A stretch of 63,737 nucleotides of DNA, filler included, from Octopus bimaculoides (GCF_001194135.2; 8 parts of 8 records of this genome joined end to end with filler, not necessarily neighbours in it), one strand, 5' to 3'. Positions 12,497-26,902 are shown, numbered from the whole stretch's first letter. Numbers and translations: made by a program. The notes: generated by a model not told the origin, from the sequence alone.

Positions 12497-12896
12497 GTGT
12501 GTATATATGTATATATATATTTCATGTTCTCATTATTGATGATTGTTCGTTGTTGTCGTTGTTGTCGTTGTTGTTTCTGTTGTCCCCGCTGTTCTTCGTC
12601 ATTTTTGTTTTTTGTACACACATTTCCAAACATATCTAACACACACTCATACACACACATACACATACACACACATACACACACACACACACACATGCCA
12701 CGCACTCACATACCACTCACTCACTCACATATACACCACACACACACGCATATATATATATATATGCACACACATACGTACATTTCTAATATATATGCAA
12801 AACTATATTTAAATATTTATACAGATGTATAAATTAATGTGTGTATATATATAATAAATGTATACATTTATGTTTTTATAGGTATATATGTATGTC

Positions 12897-12941
<45 letters not shown>

Positions 12942-13041
12942 NNNNNNNNNNNNNNNNNNNNNNNNNNNNNNNNNNNNNNNNNNNNTTAATTAATTAANNN
13001 NNNNNNNNNNNNNNNNNNNNNNNNNNNNNNNNNNNNNNNNN

Positions 13042-13089
<48 letters not shown>

Positions 13090-13483
13090 GTATGTTTGTA
13101 TGTATGTATGTATGTATGTATGTATGTATGTATGTATGTATGCATGTATGTATGTATGTATGTATGTATGTATGTATGTATGTATGTATGTATAATAAGC
13201 GCAAGCTCTCGGCATTTACCAATTTTATGCATCAATTTATAGAGATTAATTAAAGCTAAATACCAAAGCTATTTTTACTTTGTTTTAACAGATAAAAGAA
13301 ATCGTTTCAATATTGTTTATCTGCATCTGTTTTATTCCTTTGAATAGACACAAACACACACATAACATCTAGTTTATAATTATAAAGTTATTGCATATAA
13401 TAAACAATATTTTTATGGCAGTTGAGAAACATACATACAAATACATATATGAATATATACATACATATATATACATTTATGTG

Positions 13484-13520
<37 letters not shown>

Positions 13521-13745
13521 NNNNNNNNNNNNNNNNNNNNNNNNNNNNNNNNNNNNNNNNNNNNNNNNNNNNNNNNNNNNNNNNNNNNNNNNNNNNNNNN
13601 NNNNNNNNNNNNNNNNNNNNNNNNNNNNNNNNNNNNNNNNNNNNNNNNNNNNNNNNNNNCATACATCTATGTAATTTGTGAATGCTTACTGACTGAACTA
13701 CATATAAAAAGTAGATAATTAAAATTGATTAATATGCTCAATTAA

Positions 13746-13792
<47 letters not shown>

Positions 13793-13862
13793 ATATATAT
13801 ATATCTATCTGTACCTATATATGAGGGGGTGCGCCTGAATGTATGTTTATGATTTATATATA

Positions 13863-14835
13863 AATCAAGTTGATTGCAGAAAAGAACGGGAAGAAACAAA
13901 TTGAGAAGCAGTGGAGACAGAAGCTCCAGCATGGACAGCATATACTTCGAAGCCGAAATGCTGATCTAGACCAAGCAACAACCCATCAGTGGCTGAGGAG
14001 TTCAGGACTGAAAACAGGAACTGAAGGTTTCATATTGGCGGCACAAAATCAAAACTTGCTTATCGAAATCTATTCGGCAAACTTTCTTCAAACGGTTCTG
14101 ATCCCAAATGCAGATTCTGTGACAAATTTGACAACACAATAGACCATCTCGTTTCGGGATGTTCTGTGCTAACAACAAATGAATACAAAAATCGCCACGA
14201 TAGGGTAGGACAGTATTTACATTGGAAAATATGTAAAAACTACAAAAATCAACCCTCCTGCATACTAGTATGAACATCATCCTGAGCCTGTCGTTGAAGG
14301 TAAAAATGTCACTATTCTCTAGGGTGTTCCAGTCAACACTGACAGAACCATCCAGGCTAATCGACCAGACATAGTCATTAAAGACATGGAAAAGTAATAC
14401 TTGTAGACTAATAGATGTGTTTCCACTATTAAAAAACATATCTGTAAAGGGATTTGATAAACTTAGTAAATATAAGGACCTGGAAATTGAAATACAAAGG
14501 ATGTGGCATCTTAAAGTAAAGACTATTCCTGGTATTGTTGGTGCCCTAAGTATGATAAAATGGATGTCAGAAACATGTAGACAATATCCTGAGAGAACCA
14601 TGTCTCAGAGAAATCCAAAAGATTTTGCTGACAAGTACTGCCCACATCTTTAGAAAAACCTTATCAATTTAAATGTATGTGTTGTATTACATGAAGATAT
14701 TTCGCTACTACTCCAGCAACTTACCCTCCCCAAGCTTTCAGTCTTACAGTAACATCTCTTATCCTTCACTCGCCCTAGGACGCTGGGTGTGTCCCGGCGA
14801 GTGAGTGTAACAAACATGCAGATTAAAAGTAAATA
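13863..14835 (+). mobile_element. R4/Dong-type non-LTR retrotransposon relic (CCHC finger plus restriction-like endonuclease)
   Basis: TEGFILAAQNQ, CRFCDK...TIDHLVSGC...RHDRVGQYLHWKIC, ANRPDIVIKD, KLSKYKDLEIEIQRMW...GAL across stops and frameshifts. It is followed by (CAA)n(TAA)n. Confidence 0.82.
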
Positions 14836-14849
14836 ACAACAACAACAAC

Positions 14850-14909
<60 letters not shown>

Positions 14910-15010
14910 NNNNNNNNNNNNNNNNNNNNNNNNNNNNNNNNNNNNNNNNNNACCGCTAAACATTTTGTTTAATGCGCTATCGATTCTGCCCGCTCGCCGC
15001 CTTAATAATA

Positions 15011-15088
<78 letters not shown>
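14836..15088. repeat. (CAA)n/(TAA)n microsatellites; others at about 15638-15707, 58711-58757, 63478-63530
   Basis: Direct reading. Interrupted by an N gap and a SINE fragment. Confidence 0.9.
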
Positions 15089-15636
15089 TACCTGATGCCC
15101 TACTAGCCAGTGGCTCTTATGGGTTTTGACCTTAATTGATTGGAAGTGTTATCATGTAGATTGTTTTGTCTTGGTATAAAAAGATGGGCTACAGCAAATA
15201 TTCTGCTTAATACCACAGAGTTGCTTGTCAGTTGTTTGACCTTAACCAGCTGATCATGTCCCTTAGTGGCTGACGATATGTGCATCTCTGATCACGAGCA
15301 GAAGTAATGGGGGAGCATTATAGCCATGTGTTGAGAGGAATTCTTTGGCGTTTGGATAATTCACCTTTGGAAACATGGGGTTTGTTCATCGTCCTTAAAA
15401 CAAACCTTATTCAGGGACCTTTTGAGTGGGATAGGCCACTCGACTTGAAGAAAATTCTAACTGGGTCCTACCTGCAAGGTCATGCGCTGTTTATCTTGAT
15501 ATGAGATCACCATGTTGCACACATGTTTGCGATGCATGTGCCTGGTGTACACTTAGACGTGTAGTCATGATGGTTATATTGGGCTTCGTATATTTGCACC
15601 TGTGTCAATTTGATTACATGCGCTGCTCTCTCACTC

Positions 15637-15685
<49 letters not shown>

Positions 15686-15868
15686 GTAATAATAATAATA
15701 ATAATAATCCTTTCTACTATAATCACAAGGCAAAGTCGACTTTGATGGAATTTGAATTCGAAACGTAAAAGTGGACGAAATTCTGGTAAGTACATATATA
15801 TATGTGTATGTACATATACATTTAAATATATACATATATATGTATGTATACACACACACACTCACACA

Positions 15869-15917
<49 letters not shown>

Positions 15918-16657
15918 TTCTGAGTGAGTCAGAGGTTGAAAAACCAACTAAGAGATAGTACCTATCCAATATACTGCTAATAGTGTACCTAAATATTCAT
16001 CACCAAGGGCTAGTTATTGCGTGGCAATCTCGCAATTGAGTGTTATATATGGGCAGAGGTAAAAAGTGGTTTTCCCTTGATTTATACAGCAAATAAGAAA
16101 GTAGAGAGGATATAAAATCGACAGACATCAGCTGGTAAACATTCCAGTATGTCTATTTATTCCAATGTATTAGATAAATACATACACATGTATTAGTGAT
16201 ACAGATTATGAAATAGAAAGAGTTAATAGCAAAAGCAAGGGTGTGGAAGCATATAATCATATAGGAACAGGTGATTAATTGAGTAAATGAGCGAATGAGT
16301 AAATGAACAGATTGTCAGCAAAACCGAATGGGTGTGTAGGTGCTAGTTTCTTACGGCCGTTTCTGCCAAGAGGCAACGAAATCGTCCAGGTTGTCTCTAT
16401 CTCTTCAGTGTTATGTAGGGATGAGCAGGTAAGGCTTGGATAATGAATGTGCCTCTAGGATTTTTCAGAGATCCTAAGTGGTTTGGAGGTCTGACTCATA
16501 TAAAAAAAAACAGTTAATAATAGAAACGCGCTGTAGCTACGGCTCGTGTTTTATTTTTTGGAGTTTTTAAGGTGATATTAGCGTCTTTTGGCGTCTATTT
16601 CTAGCGCGTGGAGAGAGGCGTATAGCCAATCTCGTTATAATTATGTATATGATTTTT

Positions 16658-16692
<35 letters not shown>

Positions 16693-16747
16693 ACATTATA
16701 TATATGTAGGTGCAGTTCAATGAGTGAAACGAGTAAATGATAAAAAG

Positions 16748-16785
<38 letters not shown>

Positions 16786-17131
16786 ACATAAACACACGGA
16801 ACGCATTTTATGACACAACTTTCCGTGCACCAAATTCCATTCACAATGTTTGTTAAGCCTAGAGCTACCATAAAATACAGTTACTCAATATGGTGTGCTG
16901 TGAGTTAGAACTTCCGATCTTGTGGTTACTAGGTGAATGGAAATTTTCCAGTATATAGTCAAGCCCGCGCCATTGGACATACGTTACAAATGTATGAACA
17001 TTTATATACATAATATATACATATCAGTCGGTATGTGTGCGGCTTCGTGTGAAAACATAAATGTGTGTGTGTGTATATATATGTGTGTATATGTGTGTGC
17101 ATATGTGTCTGCGCGTGTGTGTATCTATCTA

Positions 17132-17203
<72 letters not shown>

Positions 17204-20200
17204 AATATATATATATTATATGTATATATGTATAGATATATGTATGTATTTTTGTATGTATGTATATATATATGCGTCTATATATGTATATACATATACG
17301 TATGTGTGTATATTTCATTATAGACATACAAACATGTACATGCATATATATGTTCATAGATATATGCATGTATATCTATGTATGTGTGTGTATATGTGTG
17401 TATGTGTGTATACGTATACATGTATATATATANNNNNNNNNNNNNNNNNNNNNNNNNNNNNNNNNNNNNNNNNNNNTTAATTAATTAANNNNNNNNNNNN
17501 NNNNNNNNNNNNNNNNNNNNNNNNNNNNNNNNGGTAGTGAGTATGACACAAACTGATACTAACACTGTTAGGCAAATTCTGACTCAGACCAACAGTGGCA
17601 CTCTCAGAGACATCATTAAGCTGGTTGTGATACCATTAGACTCATTGTCACATTAGTAGATAAGTTGTAACATGGTTAGACTGGTCATGTCACTGTTAAA
17701 CTGGCAGTAACACTGTTAAATGATAGTGATACTATCATACAGGTAGTGGCTTTGTTAGTCTAGTAGACACTCTTAGACTTGTAAAGGCAATGACAGATAT
17801 ATATGTGTGTGTGTGTGCGTGTGTATAACTATGTTACTAATGGCCTTTCTTCATGTAATTAGTGCATGTCTGACTTAAGGAGTGCAGGTTTTGTGTGTGT
17901 GATGCTTTAATCTGAAAGAATACTGAGGGTGAAGGGAAGTATCATTTGCCAAAAAGTTAAGTTTTTAAAATGTATATTCTCTTCATGGCCAATTTTAAGT
18001 TGTCATGTCAAACTCCAGCCTTCACGCACAATTCTCAACTAAGAAATTAATGAAAATTCACTGCTTTGTTCGTTTAATCAGGGATGAAATATTTCAATAT
18101 CAAACACTGATAACTGAAAGAAAGTTTATTAGGTGACAAAAAGAAACTGTAATTAAAAACCGAACTTGGAATATTTCAAAACAAAAATGAAACACATTCA
18201 AAATTTCTTTACAGCAAAGGACCTAGAGGGAGAGGTAATACAAGAAATAGTCTGAGGATAGTTAGAGTGGTATGCTGGTATTAGGGATGTGAATCTGCCT
18301 ACAGCTGAATGAGGAGTTAAGCACATTAGGGATGTTACTGGTCAGTATGTTAAAACAAGACCACTTAACTGGCAAGATAGCTAAGGAAAATGAATCTATG
18401 TTTCTAAGAGTAATTAATTATATCACATGAGACAAAGAGGACTGTAAAAGTAGAGAAGAACAAGAGGCAGAACAAATTGAAATCTGAATACTTTCAGTGT
18501 TTATTAATTTTATTAATGCCTCATCAGAGATTACCAACTTCTTAGTTTCAGAGAGAATATTAGCTTAGAGCTATTTATAGAAAAACTCCAACACAACAAA
18601 ACTGGACTACCTGATAGGCATAACAGTGTGAGGGTTAGAAATGTGAATTAATTAACATACCATACAGCAGTTGGATAAGCAAAACTGTAACGAAAACTTG
18701 CATATGTTTCTAAATGAACAGAAATTTTAGATTTCCTGTTGAAAGCAGATAGCATTTTTAAACTACATGGTCTTCCATGTGTGTGTGTGTGTGTGTCTTT
18801 AGCATTTAAAACCAGCCAGATCTGACCTCTCATACCTACCCAACTATGTCATTCTAAAAATGTACAATCACATCATCATAATCTTAAAGCTAGGAGATAA
18901 TGCATAATCAATTTAAAACAATATGAATACATGGCCATTACATTTGACAGTAATCTGAATGCTAAAGGATTACACACACACACACATATATATAACACAC
19001 ACACACACATTGTTATGGAATTTTTCTGTCAAAGAAATTCATTGTTATCACTGCTAAACATCAGTAGCATAAGTAGTAATTTGTTTTTAATGTAATAAAA
19101 CATATTTATTAATTTAATTTAATGTTTCACCAGAGACTTACTATTCTTTTCTGCTTACAGTTGACCAAAAAATATACCTTTCCATGTTTAACAGATTTTT
19201 TTTACTAATCCTATCACTGCCATAGAGTGTCTTTAATTCACATTAGCAATGCATACAGTAGACCAATTAAATTCTGCCAAAGTCTGTGTGTACAATAAAC
19301 AACTATAAACTATATTCCTTTTGTGAACAGGAAGGAATAATTGATGAGGTGTTAATAGACTGATCAATCTCTTTTTATGATGATGAGAGAGAGAGGGGAG
19401 GGGAGGGGAATGAGGGTTAATTATTGAGTTTACTTTCGATAGTGAAACTAAAGAGGAAGGAATAAATGTATATTATGTATTTAGAACAAAAATTTTCAAG
19501 GAATATCTTTTAAGTAAGCAACTGGTTAGATTATCAGTAGCAGAGGAACTTTGAAATGGAGAGAAATATATATGGTTGTTGAGACATTTACTCTACACAA
19601 ATCAACTGTGCATCACCCAATAGTGAAAATGATATAACATAAAGGTATGAGTGCATTTAGTGTGATTGTTATACTATCGCAGGTAGGCATGAAGTGGAAT
19701 GACAAATCTAGTACACATAGTATACATAACGGTGCGAGTAGTTCAGATTAACAGATTATAGATTTCAGTAACTATCATAATAAGATTAAGATTAATTAAA
19801 AGAGAAATTATTAACTACAAATGAGAAAGGCAAAACCTTATATCTGCAGTGATAGAATTTTTGAAAAACTTCTACCATAGTTTAAATATTAAAAGATATA
19901 TACAGAATTGCAATGCTGTGTGATGTTTGAAAATTCAGTGAAAATAAACCTGTAACAAATATTAAACAGAGAGAAAAGTGAAGACTATCATGACCTAAGC
20001 CAGAGTACATAAAATAAGCCAAGAAATAACCAGACAGAAGTAGTAAGGACTGACTCAATACAAAAAACAAGAGAGAGGCTAACGAGAACAATCAATGCTA
20101 CAAGTTGGGCAAGAAACAATGAAAAAGGACAATTATTTATAATTTAAATTAATTAATTGAAATTCAGAATAAAAGAAGGAATATAAGGATAAGTTAATTA

Positions 20201-20228
20201 AAATATGAAACTGAAAAGAATTACTTAC

Positions 20229-20622
20229 CAGTAAATATGATATGTGGTATCTTACTGTTATTTTGTGGTGATAACTGTTGATGTGGATGGTTTGGAGATG
20301 ATGGTTGCTGCTGTTGTGGTTGTGTATGTTGCTGTTGTGTCTGTTGCTGTTGGTGGCTGGTTTGCTGCTGTTGAGGTGACTGTTGGTGTTGTGGTGATAT
20401 CACAGCTGTATTCATCAACTGCTGCTGTGGTTGAGTACAAAGGGGATTCAAATCCGAGTAGAAAGATGATAAATTAAATTCCTGGCTACCACTTGTGACG
20501 GCAGTCAGCCTCTGCATATCCTCTTCAGTGAATTCCAGTGTTTGAGGTGAAATTGAGTAACCAGCCAGGTTAGTTAATGAGTTGGAGTTGCAAGAATTTA
20601 GACTTGGTTGATTATCTTGAAG
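20229..20622 (-). CDS. CRTC: CRTC, next exon downstream (Q-rich region and IPHIIFT motif)
   Basis: Acceptor tatttccag|. LQDNQPSLNSCNSNSL...QQQ...SPQNNSKIPHIIFT(G) ends in a match to the CRTC IPNIILT (PxIxIT-like) motif. Donor G|GTAAGT. Phase 0-1, in frame with the 23477-23680 exon. The terminal transactivation exon was not found. Confidence 0.85.
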
Positions 20623-23476
20623 CTGGAAATACAATGTCAACAAAGTTATTTTAAAAGAAATATACCCTAAAACATTTTTTAATACCAGTTTCTTCTTCCA
20701 CTACAGTATTTTCTCAATGTGCTATGTTCTATTAAAAAAAAACAATATTGCCATAATTAGAAGTGAACAATCAATAATTAAAGTAATTATCAACTAATTA
20801 GTATAAAGAGAAAGTCAGTCAGTAGTTACTTCATATAACTATATATACTATAATCAGCTGAGATGTTTTACACTTCTCACATATTCTAATCAAGGTAGAT
20901 TCAAAGGTAAGTGGCCTAACTACAGGAGAGTCTAAAGAAGAATTAAAAGATATTATTGGTAGGAATATGGTAGAAATAACTCCAAAAGATCAAGTCTTTG
21001 GTAATGTGTCATTTAGTAATATTAATAATGATTTCTAACATTGGCATTTAGAAATATTTTGGGAGGGATATAGTCTCCTAAATCAACTCCAGTACTACTT
21101 TATTTTATTCATTCTTGAAAGATGAAGGACAAAGATTTGTAAATGCTAATGTTAATAATAATAAAAATAATCCTTTCTGATTTTGGCACAAGGCTTGCAA
21201 TTTGGAAGAGGAGCAGCTGGAGGAGGAGAACAATTACATTGATTCCAATATTCAACTAATGCTAATTTTATCAACCCCAAAAAGGATGCACATTGATCTC
21301 AGCTGGATTTGAACACCAAATGTATAGATCTGGAAGAAAGCATTTTTGTCTGCCAGTATAACAATTCTGTCAGCCCACCGGTAACAATAATAACTTCTGA
21401 TTTTGTCACAGGGCCAACAATCTTGAGGTGAGGGAGGAGCATCACTCAACACCATCAACCCCAGTACTTAACAAGTACTTTATTTTATCAACTCTGGAAG
21501 GATGAAAGGCAAAGTTGACCTTGATGGTATCTGAACTCAGAGTGTAAAGAACCAGAAAAATACTGACATTCTAACAATTCTGCAATTGTAATTGTCTCTA
21601 AGATAGGCACAAGGACATTAAAAAGCAAAGTCTTATGCCTATGCTAGAAACTATTATTATTACTATATCAAGCACAGATATCAATTCTAACTAGTTTGCC
21701 AGTTTTATTTTCTGAAACAGCAGGGGAGTGGTTATTTTTGGCTCCAGTGAACTATTACAGAAAAAAGAGTGTTACAGTTTACTAATTTACTTTGAAATTA
21801 AACCATAACTTATTACTATGTAGTAAAAAAAACAAACAAAAAAAACAAAGGTGCAGTTTCATAAGAAGAGCTAACAAACAGTTCACAGTGAAGCTCCTGC
21901 CATCCAACCTGACTGCTACATGAAACTGGTTACAACAGGATAATTAGTACAGCTTAGAGAATACATGTTCATAGAAACCATAGCTCACAACAAGTTCTAT
22001 AAAGGCAATGGTAGGAAATATTAGATATTTTGCACATTAGTTAAACAATAAACAACTTATTGATACTATTATTTCAAGAGATCTTAGACTTAGCATAAGT
22101 AACTTCTTCGTGTGCAAATCTGTTGGTGAATGGTCTCCATGTATCTAAATAAACAATGATGTGCGACTTCATATCAGAAACCTAGTAACCCCTGGCTCAG
22201 CCCAGGTGAACAAGCTTATCATCAAAGACATTCCAGCCATGAACTTCATGCCTGTTCATCAGGCACAGTTTACTTGAAACGAAATTATCTAATGCATCCT
22301 TCTTTTCTATGACAGTAGTAGAGTGTGATCTGAAAGAGATTTGGCTGCTATTTCAAGCAGATCGTGTGATCACCAAAACATCCTTGTTGTTGCAAACCAG
22401 AGCAATATACAGCAATATATAAGTCTGCATTGTATTATCTGCATGGCATGCATACTAATATGTTTCCAAACATCAAAGCATTAAATAATACTACTTTATT
22501 CTTACACCATACAGACTACACATTCATTAAGTTCATGATAGGATGCAATGAGTATATATTTAGATATAAAGTGTTGGAACAAAGGTTTACTAAATTAACA
22601 TAGCATAAAAGTTTCCGATGATTTTGTGCAATCGAAGCAATCTTTATTGTCAACAGGAAATGATAAACTGTTGGGGGGGAAAGTATAAGCTGATAGCAGC
22701 ATAAGTGATACAGCATAATGTCTTTTAATGACACTAATACAGAAAAGCTGAGATAATTGATAAAAGACCTAATGAAAAGTGTTCCATTGAATCTTGAACT
22801 TTCTATGACCTATTCAGGTAATAACTGGTCAAATGTCATTGTACAGTCTACATTCAGACATTGAATGTGATAAAAGAAAAGAAAACACTTCACCTCTCTC
22901 AATTAAGATTCATTAATGAAAGAAGTAAAAAAATTACATCTTTCATTAGCAAACTAACAGCACTTTGTGTCTATCAATGTCCTTTTTATACAAATTAGTA
23001 AAAGGAGGAAGGACAGAGCCTTCCACATTGGCAAAATAGAGGAAGTTGGTATCCAAACTGAATACCTGCAAGTTAAATTCTAGATGAAGATTGTAGTGGA
23101 TTGTTTGAATGTTTGCAATATTATGAACTCTGCTAAAGGCACCCATGTACCAGATAGTGTTAAACTATGCAGTGCATTGATACCCAAGGATAGCATGATG
23201 GTTTTAAAGCAGATAGTGTATTAGGCCCACAACACAAACTAAAGGCACTCAAGAATATGATGGTAACGTGTTAGGCCTACAATCCAAGAACCAGCTGACA
23301 GTGTTAAACCAGGCAGTATATTAGGTTTAACAATATCAGTTCTTAATAATCTGTATAACTTGTTAAATAAGATAAAAAAGTGCGTTTTTTTAAACTAGTA
23401 AAGAGTCAATATTTATGAAACGACAACTAACTTCCTAAAGTAAAAACCACAAAACAAAAAACAAAAAAACTTATAC

Positions 23477-23680
23477 CATATTGAAGTGCTCCAGTTGATG
23501 TTGTAATTGGTTAGTCTTCTGCTGTTGTATGTAGAAGGCTTCAGTACAGGCAGTGTTATCTAAAGAGGTGGAGTTTGGTGGTAAACCAGGTGATTGTACA
23601 GGTGAATATGAAGTCTGGGACAGTGGTGATGTGGGTGACTGACAGCTACTTTCACTATTTCTATACTGTGTCAGAGAAGG
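23477..23680 (-). CDS. CRTC: CREB-regulated transcription coactivator (CRTC/TORC), internal exon
   Basis: Acceptor ctttcttttcag|. PSLTQYRNSESSCQSPTSPLSQTSYSPVQSPGLPPNSTSLDNTACTEAFYIQQQKTNQLQHQLEHFNM resembles the CRTC SPTSP...L-x-HQLE-x-FNM segment. Donor ATG|GTATAA. 204 nt, phase 0-0. Confidence 0.87.
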
Positions 23681-24760
23681 CTGAAAAGAAAGGGGAAAAA
23701 AAGATTGCTTTTTCATTAAACATTCTAACCAAACTCCTTATTTTTGTCCAAATATCTTTCTCTATTTACTTAGCCATCAAATATTAATTTAAATTATTAA
23801 GTAATTAAAATTTTTAAAGGGTTTTACAGTAAAATTGGAAGTTATTTAATTTTTATAAAATGATTTTAATATATGATATATTTTAAACAGTTACTGAAAA
23901 TATTAACCAAGAAGTTGTGGATAATTTCAAAATTGATAGAATTGATAAAGTTACTCATATTTACATTTTAGAAGAACGGTGGAGATCAGACATCAAAGAC
24001 AGACAAATGTTGAACATTTCAATGAAAGACAATGTGTATGGAATTGGAATTCATATGGAAAAATGAAATAAATTTATTAAATAAACAGCAAATTTAAGCA
24101 ATAATAAAGCATTTAAAGAAACTGAAAATAAGGTGACTTAATTCAAGCTACACATGCATATCAAAAGCATATATCTGAATAAACACTAATGATAATTATT
24201 AATAATAATCATAATAATAATGAACACACACAAAAATCAATAAAATAAACAGTTGAAATAACAAATTTCACAAGTTTACAGAATAAAGCAAAATGTTATA
24301 GTTTAACAGGAGGAAAAAGATATGTGTGTATATATATGTGCCTCTGTGTGTGTGTGTGTGTGTATAATCATAAACATCACAAATTTGCATGGTATCAAAG
24401 AAATTGTTAGTTTTCTATATCACCACACACAAAGCAATAATTTCTTTTTACAGTTTCTAATTTTCTTTTTTACAAATAAAATTCTAACGACTATCCAGTA
24501 AATTTCCTTAATGATTCCTCAAAGCAACAGCTAAACTTTCTTTAAAAAACAAAAAAACAAAAAACAAAAACAAAAAACTTTTAAAACTCAGTCCCTGCTT
24601 CCACAATGGATTTAGCAAGGTACCACCATCATCATCTATCACACACACATATTAAAAGTTCACTTCCCACCCACATAGTTCTGAGTTCAGACCCTCTACA
24701 ATATTAGGTCGGCCAAAGCCTTGTGAATAGGTTTGGTAGGTAGAATCTAGAAGTCCATCA

Positions 24761-24824
<64 letters not shown>

Positions 24825-25698
24825 CACATGCAAAAATGCTTATGTCTCTTGCGATATATAAAGGTCTGTTGGGCCTTTAGCTAGAAGTAGTGTGTGTGTG
24901 TGTGTACTGAAGTGTAGATACACAGAGACGACATTTTATAGCACACATCCTTATTACAAGAGAAAGGAATGATTTATATTTTGTTGCTGCTGAGCCCCAA
25001 CCCAACTCTAATCAAAGATGCTCTTGAGCTAAGTTATTCCAGCTCTAACCATCCTGTCTAATGAAGATGTCAGGGTGTGATCTAAGTAGATTTGGCTTCT
25101 ATGTCTAGCTAATCAAGTGACCATCTAAGGTTTTTTTCATTGACTTGAATTGTTTTAACACACTGAACAATTGCAATTCCTTTTCCTCTTCTTTGAGGTT
25201 TTCCCAAACAATAACAACAAAACTGGACGTGGAAACAAAGGCTGCATAGTTTGTGATGGCACATTTTTAATTTTTCTTTCATAAACAGGTCTCAGAGGAG
25301 GAAAGGGAACTACTATAGTATTTTTCAAGGGAGCTACTATAATATTTTTCAGGCGCTCTTCAGACTGGAGACCTACCAAGCCTGAAGGCATGTAACAGAG
25401 TGGATTTCATTAAGCACCTAAGAGCTAGGTGGTACAAGGAGTTTACATCCTGCCCCTGCCCCTCAAAATAACAAGATTTGTTTATTAAGTGTTATTAGTG
25501 GGTGATAAAACACATGACACAACTACAGCGCACCATATACGGATCACTGAATGGCACTTTGGGCAAGTGTCTTCCACTATAATCCCAGACTAACTAAAGC
25601 CTTGCAAGTGGATTTGGCAGATGGAAACTCAAAGAAGCCTGTCGTATATATACATATACACACACACATATATATATCTGCATACACATACACTATAA

Positions 25699-25743
<45 letters not shown>

Positions 25744-26760
25744 TATATACATACACATATATTTACACACACATATACATACATATATATAAAGGTATGA
25801 AACTGTGTATTAGGATTTCTGTCAATAACTGATGAAGAATTAGGGTCCTTCTGTGTTGGTCCTACGAGTAAGTTTTTTTAGTATTTAATACATTTTTCAT
25901 TTATATACATACATTTATGTGAGTGTGTGTGTTGGTTTATTTACAGCCCCGTAACTTAGCAGTTCAGCAAAAGAGACTGATAGAATAAGTTTTGGGGTCA
26001 ATTTGTTCAAGTAAACCCTTCAGGGCAGTGCCTCAGCATGGCCGCAGTCCAATGACTGAAACAAGATTAAAAAGAAACCTCATAATTTTCCTCAAGTGAA
26101 ATTTCAAGACAACAGATAAAGCATGGCCTAGATGCCACATGCTTCCCTTCCCAGATCAAGCCAGCATGGCTACAAGAAGAGGGACGGTAAAAGGCCAGAC
26201 AGTATGACAATTTTCCCATTCTGTGGTAGTAGGTCCCTCATCTGAGATGCCACATGTTGTGACACCTTCTCCAGTAGCAACTTAGTGTTGTCAGTAACCA
26301 GTCCTGGCTCCTGTAGCAGTTGAAACCTCTGACATTCTTAGCCCCACCCCCCACCCCTCCACCCGGATCGCATCCCTGCTCCCTATTAACAGGGCAGAGA
26401 CTGCTGTCTGCAAGTGTGAACCCAGTGAGTCAGAGTGGCCATTCCAGCACATCTCCCTCACTATCCTCTGAGCGATGCCTTTTCCATTTTGTCTGCTGGT
26501 GCCATTAGAAATGTTTCGATATTGTGAGGGGCAAGATTCTCCGTTAATCCATTATACACACTATAAGCTTAATTACATTCAAGAAGACAAATAACATTAA
26601 TACATGTGGAGTAATTAAACCCACTTCAACCTACACAGTGTTTCACTAACTGGAATAAAAATTTAATGCCCTCCTCTCCTGAACATATCTACCTTCTTTC
26701 CACACAGATAAAACCCTACATAACTGCGACCATGTATTGCCAAAGGGCCAGCAAATCATT

Positions 26761-26902
26761 CAAGAGAGAGAGAGGGGAGAGAAGGAGGAAAAGAGAGAGG
26801 GGGAGGAGAGAGAAAGAGGACGAGAGAGAGGGGGGAGGAGAGAGAGAGAGGAAGAGAGAGAGAGAGGAAGAGAGAGAGAGAGAGAAAGAGGAAGAGAGAG
26901 AA
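26761..26902. repeat. Purine-only (AG-rich) low-complexity tract
   Basis: About 140 nt almost exclusively A/G on +. Confidence 0.9.

Noticed and set aside
17533-17770. Degenerate repeat with a roughly 20-bp period (ACACTGTTA core; inverted relative near 23150-23340), and a roughly 43-bp degenerate tandem at 8595-8710
   Set aside because: Old decayed minisatellites with no unique spacers or other structure.
18400-19950. Short alternative terminal exons for CRTC (acceptors near 19950 and 18442 on -, giving ...GLFSLNFQ...NI* or ...VLFVSCDIINYS*)
   Set aside because: Several such pseudo-acceptors occur in AT-rich introns. Neither encodes the conserved transactivation domain and there is no transcript evidence.
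20244-20477. Val-rich + strand ORF
   Set aside because: It is the antisense shadow of the CRTC Gln-rich exon.
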